From: a virus
Taxonomy: Duplodnaviria > Caudoviricetes
DNA length: 35,262 nt
IMG/VR virus record: IMGVR_UViG_3300016654_000061
Span: 1-35,262 of that record
Direction: 5' to 3' (one strand)
This document shows, in pieces, positions 34,525 to 35,262 of the stretch. The position numbers were made by a program, and so were the translations under genes. The stretch's first letter is position 1. Every line of letters begins with the position of its first letter. Under the pieces are notes generated by a model. It did not search any database. It saw only the letters and a list, made by a program, of their open reading frames with translations, and had not been told where the DNA came from.

Positions 34525-34595
34525 GTCTAGGATTTTTACCTGTACCGACTGACCTAGCAGACTTTGTAGAGACGGTATGGGGATGTGCTACAACA
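34525..34595 (+). ncRNA. Structured RNA, probable Mu-gpT-DE motif
   Basis: 9-bp stem 34539-34547/34573-34581 plus two potential pseudoknots (34527-31/34553-57 and 34564-69/34588-93); downstream of a gpT-like MCP. Confidence 0.55.
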
Positions 34596-34610
34596 CGAAA
34601 GGAAGCCAAA

Positions 34611-35207
34611 ATGGCTATCACGACTTTTAGCGGCCCAGTATCGTCGCAAAATGGTTTTATTGGCGGTACCAACAGCAGCCCCATCGCCGTAACCACGGCC
34701 CAAAACATCACTTCGTTCTACGGTACTACGTCTGCCACCACTGGCGACACCCGTCTGAACTACTCCAAATTGACCTTTACTGCTGGCGGCGCTGGTGAAA
34801 CGCTACGTGCGTACTCCATCGTGACCGGTGCTCAAGGTGCTGGACAGACCACTAACGGCGCTCATATCTCCTGCGACGTTAACACCGGTGGTTCTATTTC
34901 TGGTGCAGTCAATGCTCTGCGTACTACGATTGGTGGCACGGCTACGACTCCTGGTGGCACACTGGCTGTTCTGCAACTGGATACTAACTACAGCAGCAAC
35001 GTCACTTTGGGCGCAGCTTCTTCGTTTATCCGTGTTACGGATAGCGGTTCGCAGACCGGCGAAGTTCAGAACTTTGTGAACATTGAGACTGGCCCTGCGG
35101 CTACTGTTGCTCCTGCTGCAACTGCTGTGGCGACCGTATCCAAAGCCATCAAAGTAATGATTGGCGGCACTGCGTACTACGTTCCAGCGTACGCTTCGTA
35201 TAGCTAA
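34611..35207 (+). CDS. Virion structural protein (Thr/Gly/Ala-rich; head fibre or decoration-like)
   Basis: Start re-called at MAITTFSGPV after GAAAGGA; C-terminal GGTAYYVPAY. Confidence 0.75.
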   Translation: MAITTFSGPVSSQNGFIGGTNSSPIAVTTAQNITSFYGTTSATTGDTRLNYSKLTFTAGGAGETLRAYSIVTGAQGAGQTTNGAHISCDVNTGGSISGAVNALRTTIGGTATTPGGTLAVLQLDTNYSSNVTLGAASSFIRVTDSGSQTGEVQNFVNIETGPAATVAPAATAVATVSKAIKVMIGGTAYYVPAYASYS

Positions 35208-35262
35208 TGCAGATAACCAAGGAGTTCTTGGAGTCTGAGATCCGTGACTTGGAGCAAGAATT
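35207..35262 (+). CDS. Hypothetical protein, 3'-truncated by the window edge
   Basis: TAATG overlap; MQITKEFLESEIRDLEQE... Confidence 0.6.
   Translation, partial: MQITKEFLESEIRDLEQE

Overview
The window is about 35 kb of a tailed-phage genome (podovirus-like, with a Mu-gpT-type major capsid protein and sigma70-type promoters; an IHF consensus site hints at a proteobacterial host). It has two divergent arms. The leftward arm (about 25135 to 4127) carries small early genes, a MoxR-type AAA+ ATPase / metallopeptidase-vWA / DUF3150-like trio, and a replication module: VRR-NUC, Leu762-type family A DNA polymerase, PD-(D/E)xK nuclease, HNH, SNF2 helicase, SSB-like protein, HTH and AEP primase-DUF927 helicase. 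The rightward arm starts at 25587 with TerS, TerL, portal, GroES, scaffold and capsid; the 3' part of a large polyvalent virion protein occupies 1-4014. The most interesting signals are non-coding. (1) A standalone ~89-nt minus-strand sRNA candidate (4102 to 4014) has its own promoter and terminator, two anti-Shine-Dalgarno loops, and is complementary to a start-region sequence shared by at least 8 phage genes. (2) A palindromic operator GGAACT-S-RGTTCC occurs 11-12 times, only across the leftward arm. (3) An octamer iteron field with an IHF site (23735-24166) is a likely origin. (4) A ~160-nt hairpin has a loop that can pair with the downstream RBS. (5) A probable Mu-gpT-DE RNA lies after the capsid gene. 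No integrase, tRNA or CRISPR array was seen. All family assignments come from motif recognition by eye, not database searches.
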